Source: Mobula hypostoma (taxonomy: Eukaryota). Taken from it: a stretch of 64,000 nt of DNA. The DNA lies in assembly GCF_963921235.1 (NCBI RefSeq), contig NC_086108.1, positions 69,938,001 through 70,002,000 of the forward strand, given 5' to 3'. A program made the translations under genes and the position numbers. A model generated the notes under the pieces. The model was not told the DNA's origin, ran no database searches, and saw only the letters and a program-made list of their open reading frames with translations. Shown one piece after another: positions 12,601 to 27,600 of the stretch (positions are counted from its first letter, which is position 1; every line of letters begins with the position of its first letter).

Positions 12601-15600
12601 GAGGTGTACAAGAATCAGAGGTCAGCCAATTGAGTGGTGTTGTAACAACAGCCTTCTGCTCAACATCAGCAAAACCAAGGAACCGACTGAGGACAGGAAG
12701 AGAGGAAGTCAGGCAAACTAACACCAATCCTCACTGAAGGTCTGTGGTGCAAAGGAGGAGCAGCTTCAAGTTCCTAAGTGTCGATAACTCAGGGGAAGAT
12801 CCTGAACCCAGCACATACAGTAGGTGCAAACATGTCAAAGGCAAGCCTACTTTCTTAGAAATTGAAGGTTAACGTGTCACTGAAGTTGCTGATAAGTTCC
12901 TACAGATGTTCGCAAGACCGTAGGACATTGCAGCAGAATTAGGCCATTTGGCACACTGAGTCTGCTGCGCCATTCCATCTTGGCTGATTTACTATCCCTC
13001 TCCATTCTCCTCCCCTTCTCTCCAGAAACTTGGTCCAGCAGGAAGCACTTGGACTTGTTGTATCATGGCCTAGTACGGAAACTCCAAAGTACTGGAATGC
13101 AGGAGGCTACAGAGAGTAATGAATTCAGCCAGTTCCATTACAAAAGTCAATGTCTAAGGGAGACAAAATCCACCTTGTGAAATGTATGGGTGGTCCAGGG
13201 AGGAGTAGCAGCTCTGGTGAAGGGACTTGTATCCATTCCAGCAACTTGTTTACCTTTGGTACCCGCTAGATATTCAGCTTTCACCTGTGGCTTCAAGTAA
13301 CAGTTTACATGCTTTAAAAAGTCAAGTTTCCAAATATCACTCCACTTCTTCTCACCTTCAAATTTTGCATCCTTTTATTGCGACAATACATGCAGGTAAC
13401 ACCAGCTTCTGTATTGTACATAAATATTTCTTGTAGCTGCATATTCCTGACCTCATCGGCTTTCAGTGGAGCAGTTTCTACTGTTGCATTAAGCCATTCC
13501 ACTTTAAACAAACTACCAGTTCTTTTTGCTTTACGCCCTTTTATTCTTTGGAACTTCACATAGTGAATCAATCATTTCTTCAACAAAAACAATATAAATA
13601 AGCCAGTTCTAAAATCTGCAGATTAATCCCGTTTGTCAAAACCATCCGCATCAGAAACCAGAAAAGGAAATGTGATTGGGTACAATTGTGAAGTATACTT
13701 AACATGCCAATCACGTAGAGTGTGACAACCCTTTGTGTACAGTTTAAATCCCTTAGTGCGCTAGCAGCAAAAGATGTGTGTGTATGCACACCTTGGAGGG
13801 AATATTGCTGCACAGGGTTCCTGTCCTCCTGGGATATGACAGAAGCCACCACTATTTATAATTCACTGTGTTGCTGCTGCAAAAAGCAGATTTTCATGGC
13901 ATTTATGCCCTGGGTAAATATGTCTATCACAATAAACTGGCAAATTAAGCTCAGATTTCACATACCAAAACTAGTAAGAATAGAGAGAATTAAACTAAGA
14001 TCACATAGTAGCCAATCTGTTCAGTGGCCAGTTCTCACAGGAAACATCTTTCTTTATACAGCTCAACACAAGCTAAAACCACTTGGAGCTCAGACTAATA
14101 AAAGGAATGTTTTCATTGATTTATGGAAATTACAACACATGTTCATTCAAATCCCACAATCCCAACCTCCATATTCTCCAAATATACTTCACTCTCTACT
14201 TATCAAATATCATACCATTCTCTTTAACCTTAAGGTATTTTCTCTTAGACAACTGCTCTGCCCAATTGCAGAATGTTGTGAACACAGCCCAGTCAGCCAG
14301 CACAATCAAGGACCCTCCCACCCCAGTCATTCTCTTCTATCCTCTTTCCATCAAAAGCTTAAGCCTCAAGGGCTTGCTTCTATCCCGCTGCGATAAAACT
14401 CTTGTATGGATTTCTTGTGCAATAAAGAACTCCTGATCTCTCAATCTACCTTGTCGTGGCCCTTATACCTCACTTGACTGGCTGCACTTTCTCTGGAACC
14501 TTAACAATACATTCGGTACATGCTTTTTTACTACCTCAATGGACTTGTGTGTGGAATGATCTGTCTGGATGCAAATAAAGCTTTTAACTGTATCTCAATA
14601 AAAGTGCCAATAATACACCAATTACCTCAGATATCACTTGGTAAAATATTCCATGATTGAATATCCTTGGTTCAAGAACTTTTTCCACTTCCCTCTTCCT
14701 GTGAAAATCCTTGATTTTTTTGTTACCCAAATTCCCATTCACCTTTCAATCGAAACTTTTTTTTCTGCACTGCTGCCACAAAATTCAACAGAATTCGCAT
14801 GCTACAAGCTACGTCTGATTTTCTCCTGCATTTTTTTTAGGGTGCTGAAAATGTTTCACCTCGCTTTCAATGCTAAAATTATCTTGGGTTAAAATTATAT
14901 AACTACAGCTATATAATTTCCATTGCTGATTCCATGGGGAGCCTCACACCTTAACATTACATAGGAATAGTTTTAAGCCCCAACAGCCAAGAGGAACGAA
15001 TATGAATTTTAACCTAATTCCATCCCAAAAAATGCCTACACAGAAACTGATATGCAAATCCCAATATAATGGAGCAGACCATTATGTAATTTGATATTTT
15101 CCTTACAAATGAAACAGGTCTAACAGAGAGTATGAAATTTAATACTACTAAGTACATTTCACATAGATGAAAAATTGAGACAGAAGAATTTATGGACTGG
15201 AATCAAATTTCAACAGAATCAGTCAGGCATAATAAAGAATCTGTAAAAATAGGCAATATAAAGAAGCAAATAAGAATAAGTGGAAGACAGATTTATAGAA
15301 GTCAAATGTGCTACAATTTTTTAGAAAGATGATGCTTTCAATATCATTGGCAATTTTGAATATTATACCACAAAAATATAGTACTTATTTTTGTACTGAA
15401 TAATGAAAAAATGAAATTCATAATACTGGAGATTCTGGGAATTTGGAATAAAAACAAAATACAAAAACAAAAGGAATACTTGGTAGGTCAGGCATAATCT
15501 GTGATGTGAGAATAACAGTGCTGCTTCAAGTTGATAAGCTTTGATCAGGATCTTTATTATGAAAGGTAACCAACCTCTATTTCTCATTCCACAAATAATG

Positions 15601-18600
15601 AGTTTTTTCCTCTCTTGAAATGAGGCCGAGCAATTCCAAAGCAAACATTATTTTATCTGTGAGAAGATATAATTAAACTTTACGACTCTCATCTAAAGTC
15701 CATTCGCTTTGGCAAATAAATAAAAACTAGAAGCAACCACTGATGAATCAATTCCACATTTTTCTTCCAAATGCTTATCATTAAACATCCATCAGCCTTT
15801 GCTGAAAAAATAATTTTTACAAGGTGGTGATTACAGGGCAAAACATCTGCTCTTAATTACCTGAACAGTGAAAAGGTGTGCACCCAAGAATTAATCAAAT
15901 CATCCTCAAGATTGATCTTGCATTTTGTGGACTTCTTTAGTTGATGTTTTATGTACTCAAAAACAGAAATTTTGCCTCATCATAGGACCATTTGCCTCTT
16001 ACAAACAAGAAAAAAAGTCTGCAGATGTTGGAAATCCAAGACAGAGAGACACAGAGAGAGAGCCTGGCCTGCTGAGCTCCTCCAGCATTTTGTGTATGTT
16101 GCTCATGACCATTTGCCTTTTATTAATTTTAAATATCAGCAACAAGTTATCATGGGTTTATACAATAAACTCAACAGTTCAGGCAGCAAATGTGGAAAAG
16201 GAAGGACTGACTTTCAGATCAAAAACTCTTCAGGAAGACTAGAAAAGTGAGAAAATACACTCCTTGGTTTATTTTCTCTCCCCCCCCCCCCCCATACTGT
16301 CATTAATCTCTTTACAAAACAGCACCATATATTAGGATCAAGTGGGCATCACAGGCCTCATCATATCATATCTTGTCCTATCCAGCCTCCCCCACCCTCT
16401 CAGCAACTTAACCGTAACTTGATTTATAATTTTCCCTGTTCTGCCACAAGGTCTAAAATCCAAAACATTAAATGTTTCTTCCCCCACCCCCCCCCAACAG
16501 ATGCTACCTGATCTGCTGAGTATTGGCAGCTTTTTTTTTAAAAAATCAGATTTTCAATTAATACCAACAATACAACTGCAAATCAAAATGGTTATAGGTT
16601 ATCGAGTACAAGCTTACCTATCAAGGGCGGCCTTAAAGTACTTTCTCTGGACGTCAAACTGAAACACGGTGTGTTCACAATCAGTTGATGCATTGTCACT
16701 ACCACCATGTTTTTTCAGGAAAGCATCAAAACCATTCTCATCAGGATATCTTTCACTCCCCATAAAGACCACTGCAACAAAAGTTAAATGTATACTGGAA
16801 ACAAGAATCAAGAGATCACAAAACTATGACTACAAAAAAAGTACAATTTATTCAATTTAGAAGTCATGTGTTTTTGACAAATTAAAAGAAAATTCAAAAT
16901 CAGAGCTCAATTAAATTCACTGTAATTTAAGTGGAATCTCACTTTATAATCTCTATGGAAGGAAAAAAAAGCAACATCATTGAATTAAAAGTACTGAATA
17001 AGATGAGTTAGGATGAATGGCTGTGTTGTGCTGACAAATCAGTGTTATGCCAAAACAAAATTACACTTCTTACTGCATATCAAAGTGTATCAGTTGGAAG
17101 ATAGAAGTAACTTCCCTGTCCTCCTGGATGGTAAGTACTCAAGTACAGTGGATTCCATTTGATTGGGTCACATCAGGATCAGTACATTTTGGCCCAATTA
17201 GCCGAAGTTTCATGGTAATAGTTAACAGGTATAAAAAAAGACAAACCACCATTTAACTGAATAACAATTTATGTATTTAAATGAAATAAAGAATGAATTA
17301 GAACTCTAGCAACACCTCTAAAACTATAATACTATGTACTCATTTCTAAAAGTTATTTACAGAGGAATTCAGCTGTCATGTTCTTTTGATTGACTGTAAA
17401 TGAACAAAATCAGTACAGACAAGTGCGGATAATGGACGGCTTTCATCCAATGCTTTAGACAGTTGCACCTTCCAAATCCTCATTTTCATTGTAACACTCA
17501 AGATGATTAACTTGTTGAAGTAGTGAAATAATTTCATTTTCACTCCTGACCATTTCTGGCATCTCCAAGCCCGAATGTTTGAAACCACAGAAGCAAAACA
17601 GTTCCAAACTGTCTTCCTGCATATTTCCTGCCAACTATCAGTGACATATATCATTGCTTTTTGAACACAAACACAAGCAACTGCTGCTACTTAAAAACTG
17701 AACGACCTAAGCGTGGTATTGTGACTAATGGCTATGCAAGTATACGATGGACGCTAGTTAGAAACTGTTCAGCAATAAGCTTCTGCCCCAGTTAAGTGGC
17801 ATAGTGCCCCAAATAGAAGGAGGGAATCACAGCTATTTTCTTGTTTTGTTTTTATTCTTTAAGATGTCCCAAATAAGCATCTGCACTCATTAACCAATGG
17901 CTCAATTAACGAGAATGCACTATTTTTTCATATCCTATCCATTCAGACCATAAGAGAGCAGAATTAGGCCATTCTGCCCATTGAATCTGCTCTACTACTC
18001 AGTCAAGTCTGATTAATTTTCCATCTCAACACCAATCTCCTATGCCACCAACCATTCATCCCACAAATTTGATGCCCTTCCAATTAAAGAAACTATCAAC
18101 CTCCACTTTAAATATACCCAGTGACTTGGCCTCCATGGCTGTTTCTGGTAATGAATTCTACACAGTCACCCCCTCTGGCTAAAGAAAATCCTTCACATAT
18201 CTGTTTTAAAGAGGCATCCTTCTATTGTGATGCTATGTCCTCTAGTCCTGGACTCTCCCATTTTGGAACATGCTCTCCATGTCCACTCTACTAGGCCCTT
18301 CAATATCCGATATGTTTCAATGAGATTCCTCCTCATTCTTCTAAACTCCAGCAAGTATAGGTCCAGAACCAAACACTCATCATCCTGTACATTAACCCTT
18401 TCGTTCCCAGGATAATTCCCATAAATCTCCTCTGGACCCTCTTCACTGCCATCACATCCTTTCTTAGGTAAGGGACTCACAATACTCTATCTGTGTTGAG
18501 CAATACCTTATAAAGCATCAGCATTACATCTTTGTTCTTATATTCTAGTCCTGTAGAAAAAAAATGCTCAAAATTTATTTGCTTTCCTCATTAGTAATGC

Positions 18601-21600
18601 AACCTTCAAGGAAACTTTTAGGGAATCCTGCATGAGGACTCTCAAATTCATTCTTACCTCAGTTTCTGAATTTGCTCCCCATGTAGAAAAGTTTACACCT
18701 TTATTCCTTCTACCAAAGTGCCTGACCATACTCTTCCCTCCACTGTCACTTGCCCATTCCCCTAATCTGTCCAAGTCCTTCTGAAGACTCCCTGCTTCCT
18801 CAACACTACCTGCCCCTCCAACTATCTTTATCACCCACAAGGCCATCAATTCCGTCATCCAGATCATTAACGTATAATGTGAAAAGTAGCAGACCCAACG
18901 ATGACCCCACAGAACACCACTAGTCACCCACAGCCAACCAGAAAAGGCCCCTTTTATTCACACACTCTGCTTTGTTAATCAGCCAAACTTCTGTCCAGGC
19001 TAGCAAATTTCCTAAAACACCATGGGCTCATATCTTGTTTAGCAGCCTCATGTGCAACTCCTTGTAAAAGGCCTTCTGAAAATCCAGGTAAACATTCACC
19101 GACTCTCCTTTCTATATCCTACCCTTTATTTTCTCAAACAATTCCAACAGATTTGTCAGGCAAGATTTCCCCTCAAGGAAACCATGCTGACTTTGGCCTA
19201 CTTTATCATGCTTCCAAGTAACCCAAAACCTCATCAGTAATAATGAACCCTAACATCTGGTCAAAGACTGAAGTCAAACTATTTGGCCTTTCTTTGGCCT
19301 CCCTCCCTTCTTAAATAGTGAGCGACATTTGCAATTTTCCAGTCCTCTGGAACCATTCCAGAATCCAGTGACTCTTGAAGGATCATTACTAATACCTCAA
19401 GAATCTCTACAGAACCCTGGAGTGTAGTCCATTTGATGCAGGTGACTTGTATATCTTCAGATATTTCAGCTTCCAGAGCACTTTAAGCTTGGGAAGTAAG
19501 AGCAACTGCACTCACTTCTGCCTCCTGACATTATCGAATTTATGGCACGCTGCTAATGTCTTCCACAGGGAAAGCTGGCACAAAATACTTGGTTCATCCA
19601 CCATTTCTTTGCCCCACACATCATTTTCCAGCTTTCCAATGTCAACTCTAGACTCACTTTACTCTTTATATACCTGAGAAATCTTTCCTCTTTTATATTA
19701 TTGTTCAACTTACCTTCACATTTGATCCTTTCTCTCCTTGATGCTTTTTTAGTTACCTTCTGTTGCTCTTTAAAAGCTTCCCAATCTCATTGCTTTGCTG
19801 CTACTTTTTGCTATATTATATGTACTTTCTTTCGGTTTTAAATTCTTTTACTTCCCTAGTCAGCCATGGTGCCTCATCCTTCCTTTAGAATACATCCCCT
19901 TCTTTGATTGAACAATCCTGCATCTTCGGAATACCTTCCCTTACAAAAATGTCCAGTAATTTGCCACAAATTCCATCAGGCTCATCGGCTTATAATTTCC
20001 CAATTTATTCTTCGAGCCATTCTTGAATGATATAATATTTTCTATCCTCTAGCCTTCTGGCACCTTACTCATGGCTATGAACTGTTTAAATATCTCTGCC
20101 AGGACCCCTGCAATTTCTGCACTACCCTCAAACAAGATCTGAGGGAACAGGCCCTGGGATTGATCCACACAAATTCGCCTCAATACAGCAAGCACTTCCA
20201 CTTCTGTAATCCGGTTCCGGACTATGGCCTCACTACTTTTTTGCCTCAGTCCTGTCTTCCAAGTAAATACAAATTAAAACATTCAAGACAACCACCAATT
20301 TCTTCCTACTCCATGCATAGATGACACAAATATTACGCCAAATGAAAATAACAGAACACTGAGCAGCAGCAAAATGAGAAGTGATTGGGTTCAAGAATGA
20401 AGACCAAAGTAGATTTGACAAAAGGAAACACAGAAAGGTATTCCAAAATGCACGAAAACTGCAACTAGAGAAGATGCTGTAGTAACACAGAAAGCAGGGA
20501 AGGTTTAAGTTGCTGGAAAGAATTAAATAAATGAGAAATGAGGTAATGGAGCCATACTGCAGTTTGAATTCAGCATTGTAGCAAGATAAATGGCAAGCCA
20601 AACAAGATGACAGATCAGCAAATATCTGCGCGAGGGGTATTAACGGAAACATGTAAGATACGCTGAGCTGGCCACAGATGCTAAGCAGCGTGGATGGAAG
20701 GTCCAAACTTTCCCAGTAGAGGTTGGCTGCAGAGGATTCGTGGGTATTCCCATGGTCAGATTGCTGAAGGAATTGGGAGCCCAAGGCCAGGGCTATAAAA
20801 GACCTCTCAGAGGTGGCAGAGTGAAGCAGCCACTGGTTATGGATGAAGAGAACTGATGGCAGCTGAGCCCCAGAATGACGGATGGGCGGCCAGATGTGAT
20901 GGGGAGCACACCTGGGACACCAGGTCACACTGCTGAGCCCTCTGGAGATGCAGTTGGCTTACACTCACAAAACATGAAGGGGAGGGTGCCCACCTGATGA
21001 CCCCTGGTCATCTGCCACCCACCAAGCCCCACCTCAAGAAATCTATGCCATGACCTGAGCTAGGATCTGCTTATCAAAAGGATTGAAACATCTAGTCCTA
21101 TGAGCTCAAACAACATGCAAATATTCTGTTTCAAACTTCATGTTTGCTCGGAAATACAAGCAAGCCACAGAAGATCAAAACATTGAAAAAAATTCAGGTC
21201 ATCACTGAATAATACCAATTAATTTCTTTAATAACTTGTCAAATATACCACTATGATTCATCCAGATTCATTAAAATCTTACATGAACGTTGCACAAAAA
21301 ATCAAATCGCATTGAATATAATCGAGTTCACATTAAATCATGGACCACCCAACACTAATCATGCCATATTTCAGAATTAGTTATGAAATAAAAAACATAG
21401 TATCAATGTGTAAAGCATTTAAGGATTACACTCAAATATCAAAGCTGAAAGCTTAACTCACTGTGTTCCAAAAAATGTGCTAATCCTGGAAGGTCATCGG
21501 GATCACTAAAACTTCCAATCCCAACACAAAGGGCAGCTGCTGACTACAAACAATGAAATTATTAGAAATATTTCCACAGTCTTCCCCATCTCTGAGTATT

Positions 21601-24600
21601 CAAAGATTTGCCTGCAGCAACAACGATAAACTTAACCAACAAACGAATATTCTACATTTCCTGGCGACAATACACGAGTACTGTTTGTCCTTTATTATAT
21701 ATAAACAGAATGCCTAATCACTTTTAAAAAAAACAGTAAAATATTTTGCATAGTTTACAAGTGTAATATTCCATTCAAATACAAAAATCTGAAAAGGTAA
21801 CACAGAGTCCAAAGTCTTGTCACCAGTGGAGTGCAGGGACCCCTCATTTTTCATGAATGTAAATGATTTGAAATGAATGTACATGGCACGACTAGAATGT
21901 CTACTGATGATCCTAAATTAGGGGAGCTTGCTGACAGTGAAGCAGGTTACAATGAATTGCGAAGAGATTGTGATCAGTTAGGGAGTTGGACCAAAGAATG
22001 GCAATTTGCTAGGTGTAAGGAGATATAATTTGGGCCTTAAAACAAGAGTAGGACTAACAGCAGTGAATGACAATTGCTGGAATCTGGAGCAACAAACTGC
22101 TGGAAGTACTCAGCAGGTTGGGGGTTGGGCAGTATCTATGTGGGGCAGGGGGAGGTGTCGATATTTCAGATTTAAACACAGTATTTCGAGACACTTTCCT
22201 TCAACACATTTTCAATCAAAGTTCAAAGTAATTTTTATCCTCAAAGTACTGTTACATTACCATATCCAACCCTGAGATTCATTTTCTTGTTGGCATACTC
22301 AATAAATCTATAAAATAATAACCCTAGCAGAATCAATGAAAGACTGCCCAACTGGAAGTTCACCGGAGTGCAGAAGGCAACAAACCGTGCCAATATAAAA
22401 GGAAGAAATAATAATATTAAATAAGTAAATAATAAATGTTGAGAACATGAGATGAGTCTTTGAAAATGAATCCACTGGTTGAAGAAAGATTTCAATGATG
22501 AGGCAAGTGAAGTTACCTCCTTTGATTTAGAAGCTGATCGTCGGGGGGAATTAACTGTTCCTGAACCTGGTGTTGCGAGTCCTGAGGCACTTGTACCTTC
22601 TTCTTGATGGCAGCAGCAAGAAGAGAGCATGCCCTGGGTTGTGGGGGGTCAATGATGACGGACACTGCTTTCCTGCGACAGCATTTCATATAGATGGGCT
22701 CAAATGGTAGGAAGACCTCACATGTGATGGACAGGTATATCCACTACTTTTTATAGTACTTTCCTTTCAAGGGCATTGATGTTTCCATTCCAAAGTCTGA
22801 TGCAATACACTCTCCACGACAATATACTCTCTATAGAGAAGTTTGTCAAAGTTTTAGATTTCATGCCAAATCTCCGCAAGCTCCTAAGGAAGTAGATGCA
22901 CTGCCATGCTTTCTTCATTACTGCACTTACGTGCTAGGCCCAGGATGAATTTAAAGTTGCTAACCCCCTCCACCTGTGCTCGTCCAATGAGAACTGGCTC
23001 ATGGACTTCTGGTTTCCTTCTCCAGAAGTCTACAATCAGCTCCTTGGTCTTGCTGACATTGAATAAGAGATTTTTATAATGACACCACTCAGACAGATTT
23101 TCCATCTCCCTCCTCATTTCCAACTTTGATTCTGTCTACAACAGTGGTGTCGTCAGCAAGCTTGAATATGGCATTGGAACTGTGCTTAGCCACACAGTCA
23201 AATGTAAAGCGAGTAGAACAGAGGGCTAGCACACAGCCTTGTGGTGCACCTGTGCTGATGGAGATTGTGGAGGTGACGTTGTTGCCAGTCTGAACTGATT
23301 GGGGTCTGCGAGTGAGGAAATCCAGGAACCAAATGCACAAGGAGGTATTGAGACTAAGGTTTCAGAGTTTATTGATCAGTTTTGAGGGGATGATGGTATT
23401 GAATGCTGAGCTGTAGTTGATAAACAGCATCCTGATGAATGCACCTTTGCTGTCCAGATGTTCCAAGGTTGGCTGATGAGCTAATGTAATAGCATCTGCT
23501 ATGGACCTGTTGCTCCGGTAGGTAAATTGGAGCGGATCTAAGACACTTCTCAGGCAGGAGTTGATAGGTTTCATCACCAACCTCTCAAAACACTTCATCA
23601 CGGTGGATAAACACTTATCAACATGAAAAGACACCCAAGATACATCAAGGCCTTCTTCCACAGTTGTTCATATTTTCAGCCCTTCCAAGACCATATATTC
23701 TTTGTAAAGAATAAAATCCAGAACTGGATCCTAACCAATTAAGAAAAATATAGTATGCAAGAAGCTTCTCCCCAAACAGCCCCCAACTCCCACATATGAT
23801 CAAAACTAGTTCTGGAGATCATGACATCTCTACCCAGTTGATTACAGAATCGAATTCTACTGATACTGAAAAGTAGAATTAACCCTTCACTCTACAATCA
23901 CAGACTTTAAAGAACTACCGGTTCTTTATGATCATGGATGCATATTCTTTCAGCAATCTTAAAGTACTTAAAACTTCACAGGTGTTGGTTGAAGAAAAAA
24001 ATTTACCTGCTTCTCTGATTTCTTTTTCCCAATACAATGTTGTGAATCTTCAAATTCATCTTCTTCATAGTCCCCTGATGAATCTTCAGCAGAATCATTA
24101 TTTGACAAACTCTCAGAGCTGTCATCATCACTATCACTTTCATCTTCCTCAATCTGCTTATCTGGTTCAGACTTATCAATGGACATATCCGAGATTAAGA
24201 GTGCATTTAAACCATTTTCTAGTTTGATATACCTGAAATACATTGAGAGCATTTATAACAAATTACTTTTTCCATACAAAAATATACTTTACTTGATATG
24301 CCATGTTAAAATGATAAAAGATCACAAAATATTGTATTCATTTATATTTATTATTCATCCTTAATCACATTTATAATTGATAATATAAAAATTTTTTAAA
24401 AAGATGACATTAAAACTTTACACTTCACCATCTTCACCTTCACTTTTGCCCAAAGTGCTTTTCCAAGTTTGGCCCACTTTCTTCAGCAGAATGAAATAAT
24501 TTCATTCTGAATAGATTCAGAATGGTACATACACTTAGGTACTTAACTAACAATTCTGCACACTGCCTACCTACACCTTAAGTAATGCTGCAACACTTCA

Positions 24601-27600
24601 TTTGCAAATTGAAGAGGCCACAATTTGTTACATCAAGGTAACAAATGGCTGAGGAATTGGTGCAGGGAGCAGGATTTCAGATTTTTGGATCTTTGGGATC
24701 TCTTCTGGGGAAGGTGGGACCTGAACAGATTGGATGGGTTGCAGCTGAACTTGAGGGGGAGCAATATCCTTGCAGGTAGGTTTGCTAGCATGGTTCGGGA
24801 GGGTTTAAACTAATTTGCAAGGGGGATGGGACCCAGAGCAATAGAGCAGTGAAAGAAGTGCATGGAGTAAAGCCAGATCTAACATATAGAGAGGCTTTGA
24901 GGAAAGAGAAGCAGAGTAAACGGTGTAAAGACAATAAGGTAGAAGGGCTGAAATGTGTGTACCTCAATGCAAGAAGCATCAGGAACAAAGGTGATGAACT
25001 GAGAGCTTGGATACATACATGGAATTATGTATCTTTAATTATGCCATTATTATGTATCATTAATTATGTCATTACACAGACTTGGCTGGACAGGAATGGA
25101 TTCTCAATATTCCTGGATTTCAGTGCTTTAAAAGGGATAGAGAGGGTGGAAAAAGGGGAGGAGGGGTGGCATTACTGGTCAGGGATACTATTACAGCTAC
25201 AGAAAGGGTGGGTAATGTAGCAGGATCCTCTTTTGAGTCAATATGGGTAGAAGGCGGGAACAGGAAGGGAGCAGTTACTCTATTGGGGGTATTCTATAGA
25301 CCCCCTGGTAGCAGCAGAGATAGAGGAGCAGATTGGGAGGCAGATTTTGGAAAGGTGAAAAAATAACAGGGTTGCTATCATGGGTGTCTTTAACTTCCCT
25401 AATACTGATTGACAACTGATTAGTTCCAAGGGTTTAGATGGGGCAGAGTTTGTTAAGTGTGTCCAGGACAGATTCCTGTCACAGTATGTGGACAGGCCGA
25501 CTAGGGGGAATGCCATACTAGATCTAGTACTAGGTAATGAACTGGGTCAGGTCACAGATCTCTCAGTGGATGAGCATCTGGGGGACAGTGACCACCGCTC
25601 CCTGGCCTTTAGCATTATCATGGAAAAGGATAGAATCAGAGAGGACAGTAAAATTTTTAATTGGGGAAGGACAAATTATGAGGCTATAAGGCTGGAACTT
25701 GCATGTGTGAATTGGGATGATGTTTTTGTGGGGAAACGCACTATGGACATGTGGTCGATGTTTAGAGATCTCTTGCAGGAGGTTAGGGATAAATTTGTCC
25801 CAGTGAGGAAGATAAAGAATGGTCGGGTAAAGGAACCATGGGTGTCAAGTGAGGTGGAAAATCTAGTCAGGTAGAAGGCGGCAGCATACATAAGGTTTAG
25901 GAAGCAAGAATCAAATGGGTCTATTGAGGAATATAAGAAAGCAAGAAAGGAGCTTAAGAAGGGGCATGAGAAGGCCTTGGCAAGTAGGGTAAAGGAAAAC
26001 CAAGGCATTCTTCAATTATGTGAAGAACAAAAGGATGACAGGAGTGAAGGTAGGACCGATTAGAGATAAAGGTGGGAAGATGTGCCTGGAGGCTGTGGAA
26101 GTGAGCAAGGTCCTCAATGAATACTTCTCTTCGGCATTGCTTAAACACGTGCCTGTGAGCAGCTGTTAGCAAGATGAGTTCTGAGGTATTGGAAAAGCCT
26201 AAAAGAGCTCGTAAGGGTGTTACACTTAGTGTAAAACTAGACAATAAAGCGTTTCGATCGTGGTGAACGAAGCAAGGACAAAGTGAGTTTGGCTTGTGGA
26301 AGCTGACGAAGATGATGTTGAAGAGGTTTTGGCATCCCATGACCAAGAACTGATAGATGAAGAGTTGATGCAATTGGAAGAGGAAAGGATAACAATCGAA
26401 ACATTTATAGCGAGAGGATTCGAGTACAGGAGCAGGGAGGTACTACTGCAGTTGTACAAGGCCTTGGTGAGACCACACCTGGAGTATTGTGTGCAGTTTT
26501 GGTCCCCTAATCTGAGGAAAGACAACCTTGCCATAGAGAGAGTACAAAGAAGGTTCACCAGATTGATTCCTGGGATGGCAGGACTTTCATATGAAGAAAG
26601 ACTGGATGAACTGGGCTTGTACTCGTTGGAATTTAGAAGATTGAGGGGGGATCTGATTGAAACGTATAAAATCCTAAAGGGATTGGACAGGCTAGATGCA
26701 GGAAGATTGTTCCCGATGTTGGGGAAGTCCAGAACGAGGGGCCACAGTTTGAGGATAGAGGGGAAGCCTTTTAGGACCGAGATGAGGAAAAACTTCTTCA
26801 CACAGAGAGTGGTGAATCTGTGGAATTCTCTGCCACAGGAAACAGTTGAGGCCAGTTCATTGGCTATATTTAAGAGGGAATTAGATATGGCCCTTGTGGC
26901 TACGGGGGTCAGGGGGTATGGAGGGAAGGCTGGGGTGGGGTTCTGAGTTGGATGATCAGCCATGATCATAATAAATGGCGGTGCAGGCTCGAAAGGCCGA
27001 ATGGCCTACTCCTGCACCTATTTTCTATGTTTCTATGTTTCTATGAAACCGAATTCAACCAAATGCAGAAAGTGAAGCAACTACGTGAGATTTTGGCTGC
27101 AATGATAAAAGTACGACTTTAATTTTGAAAGGGTACGTAGGTTTAGGGGATACTTGCAGGATGGTTTGAGTGCTTACAAACAACTGTATGATAGAAAAAT
27201 GCGCAAGGCTCAGCAGTCAAGCAAGCCTTCCACATCAGCCACAGCAGACGATGAACCTCGACCTTCGGCATCGAGGCAGGCAGTCATAGGAGAAGATGAG
27301 CTGCCTGCCCTGATTGACGATGAGATGATACCCCAGTGTCCCACCACCCCAACACCCGGGCCCTGGACAGATACTGTACCGATTCACAGAGAATGCAGCA
27401 GTAGCCGGGAGGCACACAACACATCTTTAAGAAAAAAGCCGAAATAAACAAGCTAATTAATTAGGTGCCGCCGACACATAACTGTCGGCCCAGATCAGTG
27501 CCAATTTCCAATTGTATCACCTCTGATCTGGGCTGACAATTATGTGTCGGCGGCATCTAATTAATTAGCATGTTTATTTTGGCTTTTTTCTTAAAGATGT

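Noticed and set aside
13722..14396. 224-aa plus-strand ORF
   Set aside because: GTG start, no recognisable domain, antisense within an NRDC intron and runs into a LINE 3' remnant; consistent with chance.
20233..20928. 231-aa minus-strand ORF
   Set aside because: Largely the antisense of the Hero retrotransposon fragment plus low-complexity sequence; no protein-like motifs.
26226..26969. 247-aa minus-strand ORF
   Set aside because: Shadow (antisense) frame of the young CR1/Tigger chimera.
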